Below are positions 1 to 11,265 of a stretch of 64,000 nucleotides of DNA, in pieces. The notes beneath the pieces are model-generated. The model saw only the letters and a list, made by a program, of their open reading frames with translations. It had not been told where the DNA came from and made no database searches. The stretch's first letter is position 1; each line of letters starts with the position of its first letter. The position numbers and the translations under genes were made by a program. The DNA comes from Octopus sinensis (lineage: Eukaryota), in assembly GCF_006345805.1 (NCBI RefSeq), contig NC_043002.1, positions 1,674,001 through 1,738,000 on the forward strand. The letters are read 5' to 3'.

Positions 1-597
1 ATTTGTGGGCCAGTTCACATGAGGGAGGTTAAAATCACCCATCACTAGTATGTTTCCGGAGTGGTACTTCCGAAGGAAGGACTTGACTTTGCTAAGGCAC
101 TCTTCAAAGCACTTTAAAGGTGCTTGGGGAGGCCTGTAAAGACCAACAATGTTCTTGGCCTTGCTGAATAGTGATACAGATTCACAATAGCCATTGGAAA
201 ATATGTCCTTGGCATCAAGTGAGAAGGAGTCATGGATAAAGATGGCTGTCCCTCCCTTATTTCGGTTTGTACGATCCGCACGAACAATGGTGAAATCTTT
301 TATTTTCACCTCGGCGTCTATATGGGTGTTGTTCAGGTGAGTCTCGGTAAGGATAAAGAAAGGGAAGCAATGTGTCGTTTCGGCAAGCCAACTCTCTATA
401 TATGGGATCTTCCATTTTTGGGCAATAATTGATGGGTTGATGCCACGTACATTTAATAGGAATGTCGAGGTAAGTGAAGTTTGATGTTTGCATTGTTCTA
501 AGTTGTTCAGTGGTAACAATGTGGGTAGTTCTTGTATGGAGCTGTGTGTGTATGATTTTCTTGTTGGTAGTGGGTGTGTGGTCCTTGTGATTTGCAT
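1..597 (-). CDS. LINE ORF2 N-terminus, apurinic-like (APE/EEP) endonuclease; partial and absent from the ORF track
   Basis: Manual translation is open from ATG 597 to base 1, with APE motifs LLNVRG, ILTETHL, RADR...KGGTAIF, VGLYRPP and VMGDFNLPHVNW. Confidence 0.9.
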   Translation of the reverse strand, partial: MQITRTTHPLPTRKSYTHSSIQELPTLLPLNNLEQCKHQTSLTSTFLLNVRGINPSIIAQKWKIPYIESWLAETTHCFPFFILTETHLNNTHIDAEVKIKDFTIVRADRTNRNKGGTAIFIHDSFSLDAKDIFSNGYCESVSLFSKAKNIVGLYRPPQAPLKCFEECLSKVKSFLRKYHSGNILVMGDFNLPHVNWPTN

Positions 598-1880
598 AGG
601 TGGTTGCTGATAGCTCGTTGGATCTCCTGGCTTAGGTCGGCCTTCATATTTTCTAGGTAAGTCAGTAAAAAAGAGTTACCACTTTGGTTTGCCACTTGGT
701 CGGAGGATACATATTTCATGTTTGTGTTATTTGGTGTTATGGTTTTTTCATGGTTCTGTCTTCGTTGTTTGATTGTAGGAGGGAAAACGTGGTTGTATGT
801 TGCTTTTATTGTTGTCGAAGATCTCCTCTGTTGCTGTTTATATCTATTTTGTGATCGTTTTGTGCCCTTCAGATGGTGGTGGTTGCATTCTGGGTTCAGG
901 CACATCCTTAGTGACACAGAAGTTTGGCACAGTTTAGGATGAAAGAAGGTGCATCTATTGCCTTTTGTACATCCATATTTGGGATCAGGACCATGGATTC
1001 TGTATTTAGGACAGTATTTGGGGTGGAGGTGAGGGCAGTTTTTTCCCGTTATACCGTATGGACAGGTGCCCTTAACAAGTCTACGACATAGGGTGGGATG
1101 GAAAAAAGCACAGCGTCCCTTGTTGTTGTTGCCGCTGGGGCCAAATTTACAGTTGCCTTGAGCATAGTAACGGCAGGGTGTTTGATATGGGTGTATGGGT
1201 GATTTTTCTATAGAAGAGTGTTGTTGTTGCTGTAGCAGCAGTGAAACTTGACTTGCAACAGCAGGGCTAGCAGGTGGAATCGGGTCAGGTACTGGTGACG
1301 TAGTAGCAGAGACAGGCTGTTGTGGTATTGAGTCCTGTGGAATGGGTGAAACTTGACTTTCAACAGCAGGGCTAGCAGGTGGAATCGGGTCAGGTACTGG
1401 TGATGTAGTAGCAGAAACAGGCTGTTGTGATAGTGAGTCCTGTGGAATGGGTGAAACTTGACTTTCAACAGCAGGGCTAGCAGGTGGAATCGGGTCAGGT
1501 ACTGGTGATGTAGTAGCAGAAACAGGCTGTTGTGATAGTGAGTCCTGTGGAATGGGTGGAATGAGGTCAGATGTTTGTTGCTGGCTATCGAGTCGTTGAA
1601 GTGATCCCTGACCTGTTGGAGTTGGGTCATTTGGTGCACTACATTCATTGACAAGGATGGCTTTTAGTGTTGCCATGTGCGTGTGAATAATAGGAAATAT
1701 TCTGACAATCTCTTTTGTTTTATTTTCTATCTGTTTTACAGATCTGGGAAAGGATTGTTTTGCTAATTTTTCAGCTATTTTACTGTAAACATTAGCTTCA
1801 TTGTGGTGAGTGTACCAAGCGTTTATCATTGCAGTGATTTCATTTTCAACCCAGTGGCGTTTTTGAATATTATCGGCCAT
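507..1880 (-). CDS. LINE ORF1 protein (457 aa): Myb/SANT-like N-terminus, Pro/Ser/Gln repeats, four CCCH zinc fingers
   Basis: First ATG is at 1880 (the track starts at a GTG, 1904). N-terminal WVENEITAMINAW...IAEKL...RSVKQIENK, then four C-x-C-x-C-x3-H units. Lies directly upstream of the APE ORF. Confidence 0.85.
   Translation of the reverse strand: MADNIQKRHWVENEITAMINAWYTHHNEANVYSKIAEKLAKQSFPRSVKQIENKTKEIVRIFPIIHTHMATLKAILVNECSAPNDPTPTGQGSLQRLDSQQQTSDLIPPIPQDSLSQQPVSATTSPVPDPIPPASPAVESQVSPIPQDSLSQQPVSATTSPVPDPIPPASPAVESQVSPIPQDSIPQQPVSATTSPVPDPIPPASPAVASQVSLLLQQQQHSSIEKSPIHPYQTPCRYYAQGNCKFGPSGNNNKGRCAFFHPTLCRRLVKGTCPYGITGKNCPHLHPKYCPKYRIHGPDPKYGCTKGNRCTFFHPKLCQTSVSLRMCLNPECNHHHLKGTKRSQNRYKQQQRRSSTTIKATYNHVFPPTIKQRRQNHEKTITPNNTNMKYVSSDQVANQSGNSFLLTYLENMKADLSQEIQRAISNHLCKSQGPHTHYQQENHTHTAPYKNYPHCYH
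1242..1556 (-). repeat. 3 x 105-bp in-frame minisatellite inside ORF1
   Basis: 35-aa unit PIPQDSLSQQPVSATTSPVPDPIPPASPAVESQVS repeated three times. Confidence 0.95.
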
Positions 1881-2127
1881 ATTCAGTGGGACAGTATTAT
1901 ACACTGTACGTTAGTTATTGATGAAAAGTTTGTGTCGATATATTCGGAAATGCGTGGCTATATCTGAGTGTGTGTGGGAGAGTTCAGTGTATATAGTACA
2001 AATCAGGATAAGCGTTGAGTTTAATCAAGGAAAAAGAATTGTACTCACGGGGCTAGTTTTAGAACTAGTCTTGGGTTTAGTTTTGGTTTAAATTTCTTTC
2101 TCCAGGTTGTATATAAATTTGTATAAA

Positions 2128-2140
2128 TTTATTATATATA

Positions 2141-2195
<55 letters not shown>

Positions 2196-3442
2196 CATAC
2201 ATACATACATACATACATACATACTACATACATACATACATACATACATACATACATACATACATACATACATACATGCATACATATCCTATGAAATTAT
2301 ATACAGTATATGTATGATACGGGGATTGAATGGCTTTCATACTAATTTTTATTTGCAAATGGCTCATAATTTATAGATTACTGAAAATTATTAATACAAC
2401 AGCATCTGAATGCAGAATAACCGCATTTACTACAACACGACATTTTTCTCGAAATTAATCATATATTTGTGTATTTATTGAACGTTTGCACAGGTTGTTC
2501 TGTGTATTCACTAATCTGTTTAATAATTCATATTAACTAGCGTTTTAACAGGTTGCATGGGAGTTGTTGGGTATTTTGCTTTGGCAAACACAACCATCCA
2601 ATAATGATTGTGGAATAGTCTATAAGAATTACTTTTTTATAAACGATTGAAAGCAAAAATATTTCTAATGCAATTTCCAATCATACTTTAATTGAACAAG
2701 ACTGATCGATTAAACAAATCAGTGGCAATATGAATTGGACGGATGAGAGAATAATACTCTTATACTTATCAACGGTGAATGGAAACGCTAGAAATACTAT
2801 AGACATGCATGTGCATATGTATGTATGTATATATGTATGTATGTATGTATGTATGTAGTATGTATGTATGTATGTAAAGACTTTTTCTATTCCTGAGCAT
2901 TATACTAATACATCTGTTTGTTTTGTACACCATCTGTCTTCTTTTGTTTTTTTCGTAAACTCTCCTTATGTGTGTATGTATGTTTGTATGTATGTGTGTA
3001 TGTATGTATGTATGTATGTTTGTCTGTATGTATGTTATTCAGTTTATTTCAAGATTTCTTGCAAATAGCGAAAGAATCGGTCTCTAACCGATATCCAAGT
3101 CTCCTTCATTGGAATTTCAACAATATCAACAGGGTATTTTTCTATATATGTATATATGCATATTGTATGCTTCGTTTTATATTTGTATTCTCATCCATAG
3201 CGTTGTATGTCTAGACATGATCATTTATACTTAAATCATAGACTTGAGAAAAGTTTTACAGATTTTTAGTTTCAGCGATGGCTTGGATCTGTAGTCTACA
3301 TGTATGTATGCATGTGCGTATGTATGTATGTATGTATGTATGTATGAATGTATGTATGTATGTATGTATGTATGTATGTATGTATGTATGTATGTATGTA
3401 TGTATGCATGCATGCATGTATGTATGTATGTATGTATGTATG

Positions 3443-3476
<34 letters not shown>

Positions 3477-3750
3477 TGTATGTATGTATGTATGCATGCA
3501 TGCATGTATGTATGTATGTATGTATGTATGTCATTGTTAAGTTTTATTTCATGATTTCTTTCAAATAGAGTAAGAGCTGGTTTCTAACCTAGATCCAAGA
3601 CTCATTCATTGGAATTTCAGCATCATCAACAGGGTACTACGTACGTACGTACGTATGTATGTATGTATGTATGTATGTATGTATGTATGTATGTATGTAT
3701 GTATGTATGTATGTATTATGTGTTTGTGTATGTATGTATATGTGCAGATT
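2128..3750. repeat. Cluster of (TA)n and (TACA/TATG)n microsatellites
   Basis: Tracts at about 2128-2280, 2810-3030, 3300-3530 and 3650-3740. Confidence 0.95.
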
Positions 3751-5899
3751 TGCATGTTTTGCCTTATGTATGTCTTCTCATGCATATAGCCACATATCTA
3801 GACATGATCATATATATTTAAATGATAAACTGGAAAGACTTGCGACTTTTACAGTTCCAGTGATGGATTGGATCTGTGGTCCTCGAATTAGCTTTCTCCT
3901 TTCTGGTTTTGAGAAGCCTAATTTCTCAAGATTGGTGGGAGTTGATAAAAATCATTAATTCGTTGTCATAATTATAAATTTCGAGCAAAGACTACTTGTA
4001 TATTTGAAACAGTTTTCCCAGAAGATCTGGTTCGTATACAGTGAACTGCTGTTTTTTTTTTTCTTTTAGGTTATGATTCTTATAAAACCCATAATTATAT
4101 GTTGCAAAGTACTGACATTTTCTAATATTCTAGTTTCGTTATCTTTACCAGTAGCGATTCCATTATCTCCTAGGGATTGCCCGAGATAAATATCTGCTGA
4201 ATATATTCTTAATGCATATTATCATTTATTTTCAATTAGTGTTTTGCGACATGTTCGATACTTTCCAGGATGGCAACAGTTGCTATGTTTCCACTATCTT
4301 GAAATTTGGTCTCTTCCCTAAAGAGTGTTTAAAGAATAATTGTATCTATTAGTATATGACATTACACCTTATCTAAGTGCTGGATATCATATTCCCTGCG
4401 AAAATACTGCAGCTCTGAGACATTTCCTTGATTATTGTTTGTTGAATGCAAACAGAATTGGTTACTCGAATAAAATAGGCTTCTTCAATATTCCAATGAG
4501 AAATTTCTGATTTCTGCAACTTTTTCGGTTACTTCAAACTGAAAAGTGTGCTGCTGAGAATTCTGTCAAATTTGCGTACCAGAACTCGTTCTTATACTCA
4601 GCAAGCTCTTTATATATCTTTTTCTACTCCCTGCAACGAAATTCCCTGCTATTTGGATTCAAGCTGCAGTGAGCCTCATTCTCAAGAAGGGCATTCGTTT
4701 TGACCCTTCATCGCCTTATTGCTCTCCCTTTCGCTATCTCTAAGGTAATGCTGACAACCATTAACCATGATGTTCTACACCTTGGATTACTCTAGGGTTC
4801 TCTCTCTTTCTTACCCTCTCTTTCTCTCAGTCTCTTTTTTTCACACACTCTCTCTCTTCCCCTAAATGACCACCAATACTATTTCCATAAACAACTTTTC
4901 ATTCTTCCCTCCGTGCTCCTACTAAGCACTATTCACATATCAAACCACAAAGCCTGCACTGTCATAATGAACGCAGAGCATGAAGGTGTCCTCTCTCTCT
5001 CTCTCTCTCTCTACAGCAACTATAATGGCGTCTCTTCCTTAGCATTGGTTGGTATCCTATATTCATAACATTCTCTTCCTCTCAACTCGCCACCTCCTGC
5101 CATCTGTTCTTTTCTCTTCTCTAGGTACTTGTCTAACAATTATCTGTAGTCGTTCAATCTAGGTGTCTGAAGTGAGTAAGCTTCGAGCAGTCTGTAGAAT
5201 GTATAAAAAAAAACAACTTTCTGGTACAATAATAGTTTATTGACGTGAGTCTTTCCTATAGCGATGTTCGATAAGCTGAAAACCGTTATACTCTAGTTCA
5301 TGGTTCCATTCATTCAAACGATTGGTGGATGGCATAACAGAAACGATTTCCCCGATGCATAGATCGAGTTTGTCCTTATAACCGTTATACGGTTTGGTAT
5401 TAGTAACCATTTTAAATTATATGAAATTCAGGTTTGTTTTGGGTAATGAATTAGCGAGATAAAAAAAAAATGCTGCTAGTTCTTGCCTGGCATTTGAAGT
5501 TAGAATAGTTTTTACCAAAATCTGACCTTGAAAGTGGTGTTGCACGAGCCGATGTATATATAAGTGGAATTCTCGGCTAGAACCGTACATTTGTGTACAA
5601 TATTTTTTTTTATGAGGCATCTATTATCTAACGGAAGTGGGGTGTCTAACGCTACATAGGATTCTAGAAGGTACTAAAGCGGAATTTACGGGGTTATGAT
5701 TATCTAGAGCAAACCTAGTGTTATATTCATTATCCTCGACGGCGTTAGGAATTGTTATTCTTTATTGTAGTGAGGGAGTCGTTTGGGGGATGTAACTTAT
5801 AATAGTTCTCCTGTCTAATGATAGTATTCCTATATGTGTGTGTGTGTATGTATGTATACATATACATATATTTATACATACAGATATATATATTTCTTT

Positions 5900-6075
5900 A
5901 CTACCCACAAGGGGCTAAACATAGAAGGGACAAACAAGGACAGACAAAGGGATTAAGTCGAATACCTCGACCCCAGTGCGAAACTGGCACTTTGTTTATC
6001 GACCCCGAAAGGATGAAAGGCAAACTCGACCTCGGCGGAATTTGAACTCAGAACATAACGACAGACGAAATAGGT
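5900..6075 (-). mobile_element. tRNA-derived SINE, family B, partial
   Basis: B-box-like GAGTTCAAATTCC on the minus strand. The core gaccccgaaaggatgaaaggcaaa(g)tcgacctcggcggaatttgaactcag recurs at about 28200, 30670 and 47440. Confidence 0.8.
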
Positions 6076-6084
6076 ATGACATAC

Positions 6085-6142
<58 letters not shown>

Positions 6143-8967
6143 GTGCATGTATGTATATGTGCATTTACATTTATATGTGTGTGGGCATGTGCAAACACAT
6201 ACGTAATAAATATGTCATCATATGACTTGTGAGGCCCCCTCTCGAGGTTAATGCTGAAATTGAAAATAGTTTTAAAACGCAATTCAATGACTGAATAATT
6301 AGTTAATTATATTTCGAGGTTAAATGCACTTTAAAGAAAGATTTTACAAGATTATTCTAGTATGCGTTGTATTGTTTCAAAGTATTGCAATATTCAGCAT
6401 GTGTGTATGTATGTGCGTGCATGTATGTGTGTGTGTACGTGTATGTGTGTTTGTGAGTGCATAAGTTATCATAACAGTTCCAAACACCATCGCATACGCA
6501 TCCGTATTATATACATACTTCTATATGTGTGTGTGTTAGACTTCTTGACTATCTGAATAATTCCAGCCGCTTCGAACGTTTAGGAATTGGCATTAGAATA
6601 GCTTATGTAGTGAACGAGGCAAATTCCAGCCTTGCTGTGTCTTATCCATTATATTGGAGATATTTTCATTTCTGTTTTAGATAACATGTCACTTCTATTC
6701 CCAAATTATTGTTTATATTACTCAACGGAGCTAAATATATGCTACCGCCATTCTTGCCATACATATGCACGAATAAACCTCTTTCCTAATACCTTTCTGC
6801 TATCTTAATAATTTGTCATTCATTTTCTTTGCCAAATAAATAAAGGTTTCCCAGATAAAAATGGTTTGGAGGAAAACTGCTCGGTTTATACTTACTGTGT
6901 TCTTTGATCTTTAAGTGAATATGTGAAATTATATCTTTATTCTCCAGATGCCGTCACTATGTCAACTGTAATATGTATGAAAACATTTTATGCTCGGCAA
7001 ACATTTACAGTTCAACGTGGGAGAGATTTAGATTCGTGTCACTCCTCATTACATTTACTTTTACGCTGATCATAGATTTTCTTTCAAACCACACTTATCG
7101 AATTCCATACTATAAATGATTGATTTTTCTTCGAACTTTCTGCTGACCCTTTATAAATGAAGATTCTATGAACTTCTAAAATCGATATTCCTTGTACACA
7201 ACATTTTGAAACTCTGTAATATGTTTGCCATTTAGAATATTCAGTAAGAATAAATATAATTTTCTGTGTTATTTCCTGGAATTTATCCAAACTCAAATAA
7301 ACGCATTCTTGTTTCCAAACGAATTTCTTCTAAAAACAGAAAAAAAAACCCAGTAATTTTTTGTGCTAAATTATTTTCATTATCATTTGACTTCAAATTC
7401 AATATCACACACGAGATTTTTTTCCTAATTCCTGCAAGTATATCTCATCGTTTGAAACCTAGAGTTTTGTATGACAAGACGTTTATCATTTCTATAGCTA
7501 TCAAATTCAAGATGACTCATTCTAACAGTTTTGTATCACGTTTCAGAAAAGTCAAAGAAGAGTTTGCATAAATCTCATAGCTATGCATTATATTTTTGAC
7601 ACCTCTATTCCTAATAACACTTAGTCAAATGCATTTGAAATCCTCAAAGGATTGTTAATAGACATTTTTTATTAGCGTCTTTTATTGATTAATAGTTGAC
7701 ATAAGGAAGGAAGTGCCACGATTTCACTTTGTAAAACCTTTTTAAAGGCAACCATATTTCATGTATGTATTCACAAAATATAAAATATAAACAGAAATAA
7801 TGTCATCAATATAATTGTTTTATCACATTCTTATGAAGGCAACGAAACAACAAATTATAGAAGCTGATTGTGAATGTTCGACGTTTAGAGCTTTCTCCCG
7901 AGGTTCAAGTTGTAACTAAAAGTAAGGTTAAGCGTAATTCAATGTCAGATCATTTTTTTATTTGGAAGGTAAATGTTGTGATGAATGCATTTTGGGAGAA
8001 TTTTTTTATAGGATTAAATTATAAATTCTATTGTCTTAAATCTATATGCTTTCAACAGATCATATTTTTACATTCATACATGAATGAATGCGGATGGTTT
8101 ACTTTTTATCTGTGAGAAATAACCAAGCTTTATTCGGAATAAGACATTCCGGAAATTCCTCAATCCTTAACAGTTTTTACATGTGTTATTCATCCAGACA
8201 AACAAACAAGATAACAATCTAACAAATAAACAAGCAAACAAACAAAGTATCTTCTAGAATTTGTAGCAAAAGTGTATAACATTCATGTTTTCTTATTAAA
8301 TTTAGCAGAGAACAAAAACGACAAAACAATATCAAGCGACAAATTTGATCAAATTAATAAAATATAATTCCTTTCTGCATAAATTAACATTCAAATGACG
8401 AACTAAAATCAATCGATCGAACCAATTCAGAGCAGAAGATGTTCGTCGATTTTAGATTTTAATTTAAAATTTACCCGAAGCGACTTTGCGCTGTTCGTTT
8501 GTGTTAATGTTAGATTAGTAATACTATTTCTACCCTAATAATGCAGTTCTTAAGCCTCCTGCTTCAATACACAGCATTGTACCCACTAAGAGTATATATA
8601 TATATTACCTAACTAATGACTGCTTCTTTCTCGGTCAGCAAATACACACCAAATATGACATGGTAGAAGTTTAGTAAAATATTTTTTCATTCACCATCGC
8701 AGAATACCAATAGAGAGAAACAAATGGGTCATAAGATTGTTACGACAGTCATAAACACAAAGTGAGGAAGGGGTCTATAGATAGAGGGAGGCTATTTTGG
8801 AATACACGCATCCACGCACAAACACACACACACACACATGCATATATACACACACATACACCACATATCTATTTCTATTATATGTATGTATGTATCTATC
8901 TACATATATATATACATAAACAGTACAGGCACATAAATAAATATATATATATGTATGTATGTGTATG

Positions 8968-9002
<35 letters not shown>

Positions 9003-9020
9003 GTAAGTATGTATGTATAT

Positions 9021-9081
<61 letters not shown>

Positions 9082-9099
9082 GTGTGTGTGTGTATGTAT

Positions 9100-9305
9100 A
9101 TGTTGTGTGTCTGCTTTTGTCCCTCCACCATCAGTTGACAACCGATGTTGATGTGTCTACATCCCAGTAAACTTGCGGTTCGGCAAAAATACTGATAGAA
9201 TACTAGGCTTACAAAGAATAAGTTCTGGGGGGCGATTTGTTCCACTGAAGGCGTTGGTCCAGCATGGCCGCAGTCAAATAACAGAAACAAATAAAAGAGT
9301 TGAAG
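9100..9305 (+). mobile_element. tRNA-derived SINE family A, 3' half
   Basis: Matches the 3' half of the full copies at 37000 and 61800 (tail ccagcatggccgcagtcaaat...aaaaga). Confidence 0.8.
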
Positions 9306-9387
9306 TGTAAAAGAGTAAGAGGGTGTGTTTATTTGGCAAGATAAAAATGACCGTCCCGAAATGCAACACTATATATATATATATATA

Positions 9388-10196
9388 GTCGTCTCTGTGG
9401 TGTTTCATGTTCTTGTCCATGTCTGTAATTATTTTTACTGTTTACCTATATAATCGGCGGCTACGTATCCACAATTGTCCTTATACGATAAGTATATTTT
9501 TTCTCTAGCATTGATACGACTCTTAATCTGTCTCTTTCTCTCTCTCTCTCTCCTCCCTTATTCCCCTTCCTTTCTTTCCCTCTCCATCCGTCTCCCCCCC
9601 CCTTCTACGTTTCTCGATCTGTCTCTTTCTTCTCCTCCCTCGTCCACCTTCTCTCTCTTTTCATCTGTCCCTTTCTCCTGTCTTTTGTTCTCACGTGACC
9701 GCTAGCCGCTGTTGAGCGCTCTTTTCGTTCCAGCAGTCGCAGAAGCAACACGTATTTGTTCGTCTCCCTGCGGCCATTAGGCACAACTTCACAAGCCAGC
9801 CCCATACTCAACTCGTCCTGTCGAAAGACCCTTGTCCTACGTCCTGGTTTTGTTTTGTTGTTTATTTTTTATTTTTACCGTTATTGTTTTTACGTTTTGT
9901 ATTCTTATTGGTGTCACGTATTCTGTATTTTTGTTCGTGTACTTCGTTCGTTTTCCGTCCTCGTGTTGTATACATTCGAAGCTTTCTTCCAGGGGATCTA
10001 ATGCGCTTGGCTTAGATTTCCCTTGGCGGGCTGGCCATATCGGAGCAATCTCAAGATTAATCAGCCGAAATTGCTAAGATGATCTGGTTCTTGACTGATG
10101 ACTGAGGGCTTCGAATGTCCCGTCCTGTGGTTCTTGTGTCGTCTCTGTGGTGTTTCATGTTCTTGTCCATGTCTGTAATTATTTTTACTGTTTACC

Positions 10197-10202
<6 letters not shown>
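9388..10202 (+). mobile_element. Non-coding element with 63-65 bp terminal direct repeats (period 750 bp) inserted in (TA)n; retrozyme/PLE-derivative-like
   Basis: GTCGTCTCTGTGG...TTTACCTATA is identical at 9388-9450 and 10138-10200. TA tracts on both sides, no protein-like ORF, internal ribozyme-like motif. Confidence 0.7.
10044..10110 (+). ncRNA. Candidate rearranged (non-circularly permuted) hammerhead ribozyme
   Basis: Stem III AGCAAT/ATTGCT, AUC cleavage triplet, stem I TCAAGA/TCTTGA, CTGATGA and GAAA cores. Stem II is imperfect. Confidence 0.5.
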
Positions 10203-10230
<28 letters not shown>

Positions 10231-10244
10231 GTATATATATATAA

Positions 10245-10420
10245 ACCGGTGTAAGCACATAAATGTGAAACAAGGAGGAAAAAAGAGTACTCAAATACGA
10301 GAGGCAGAGTAATATTCTTTATTTAAAAGCAGCAGAAATATAACAAAAGTTGTTACTCAGAGTTTCACGTTCCCATTCGTCGGACAGATTTATTAAAATG
10401 GAACAGAAATGATGATATAA
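10245..10420 (-). mobile_element. Penelope-like terminal repeat (pLTR) fragment
   Basis: TA-adjacent non-coding repeat carrying a minimal HHR motif with a palindromic stem III, the known PLE signature. It may extend further right. Confidence 0.55.
10349..10387 (-). ncRNA. Minimal type I hammerhead motif (PLE type)
   Basis: Minus strand TGT-CCGACGA-ATG GGAA CGT-GAAA-CTCTGAG-TA^ACA. The core has C at position U4. Confidence 0.5.
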
Positions 10421-10929
10421 TCAAAACTAGTTAAAAGATACACCTTTAAAATGGATTTGCTTCATTGGTCCTTTCAATTAACGGTCTTAAGTATGCAATG
10501 AACAAAATAAACAAATTAAATGAATTCAATATAAATTCATCCTATTATAAAAATCGAGGAAAACCTTAAAATGAAGAGCGGATTAAAAATACCTATTGCA
10601 TATAATTATATACGAAATACAATTCGATTAATACAATTTATACATTAAAATTAAAATTAACATTTTCACGCTGCATTACATAAATATTTTACAACAGTAT
10701 ATACGCATACTAGATCCTCTATAATATACATAAATACATCAAAATACCCAGATGGATGGACAGACTACATACATATACAGACATATATGTAAGACGTAAA
10801 TATACACACAAATATACATATACACATGTATACATATTTATATTTGTGTGTATATTTACGTCTTACATATATATGTCTGTTTCTGTATGTAGTCTTTGTA
10901 CATCCATCTGTTTATGTTGATGTATCTAT

Positions 10930-11265
10930 GTATATTGATGGTTTAGTGTGGAACATATGGAAAACTCTAGAACGGCTAGTACCTAATTTCGGCATAGAGT
11001 CTTATACTGGCTGCCATTGTATTGTACCAGAGGCAATATCCACTCAATCTAAATTGAAGACCAGGTACTGTAATAGCCTAGGGCTCAAAGGACAACAGCT
11101 TTTCAGTGCCCTGCCACAAAAATTAAGAAATCTGTATAAGGTGGAAGTAGACATCCTTTCCTGCACACTATTGGATGAACCAACAGCCTGACATGAGGTA
11201 GAGACGAGGGCAGCGGAACCAAACTCCGTTTTAAGTCAAATGGGCCAACAGTTGGGACAAAGGCA
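10930..11265 (+). mobile_element. Degraded CR1-group LINE 3' end
   Basis: Translates WKTLERLVPNFGIESY...RYCNSLGLKGQQLFSALPQKLRNL...LDEP, resembling the C-terminus of the 50024-51928 ORF2 type. Confidence 0.7.

Larger units (their letters stand above)
1..2095 (-). mobile_element. 5' part of a CR1/L2-group LINE (5'UTR, ORF1, start of ORF2), runs off the left edge
   Basis: Intact ORF1 followed by an overlapping frame encoding an APE endonuclease. The 5' boundary abuts a (TA)n tract and is approximate. Confidence 0.88.

Noticed and set aside
1895-2060. Possible intron in the LINE 5'UTR (minus strand: C|GTGAGT donor, ACTAAC then CAG)
   Set aside because: The branch-point-like motif is only a few nt from the AG and there is no polypyrimidine tract; unsupported without transcripts.
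3300-3740. Regular repeat arrays as possible CRISPR
   Set aside because: 2-4 bp units with no spacers and no cas genes, in a eukaryotic context.
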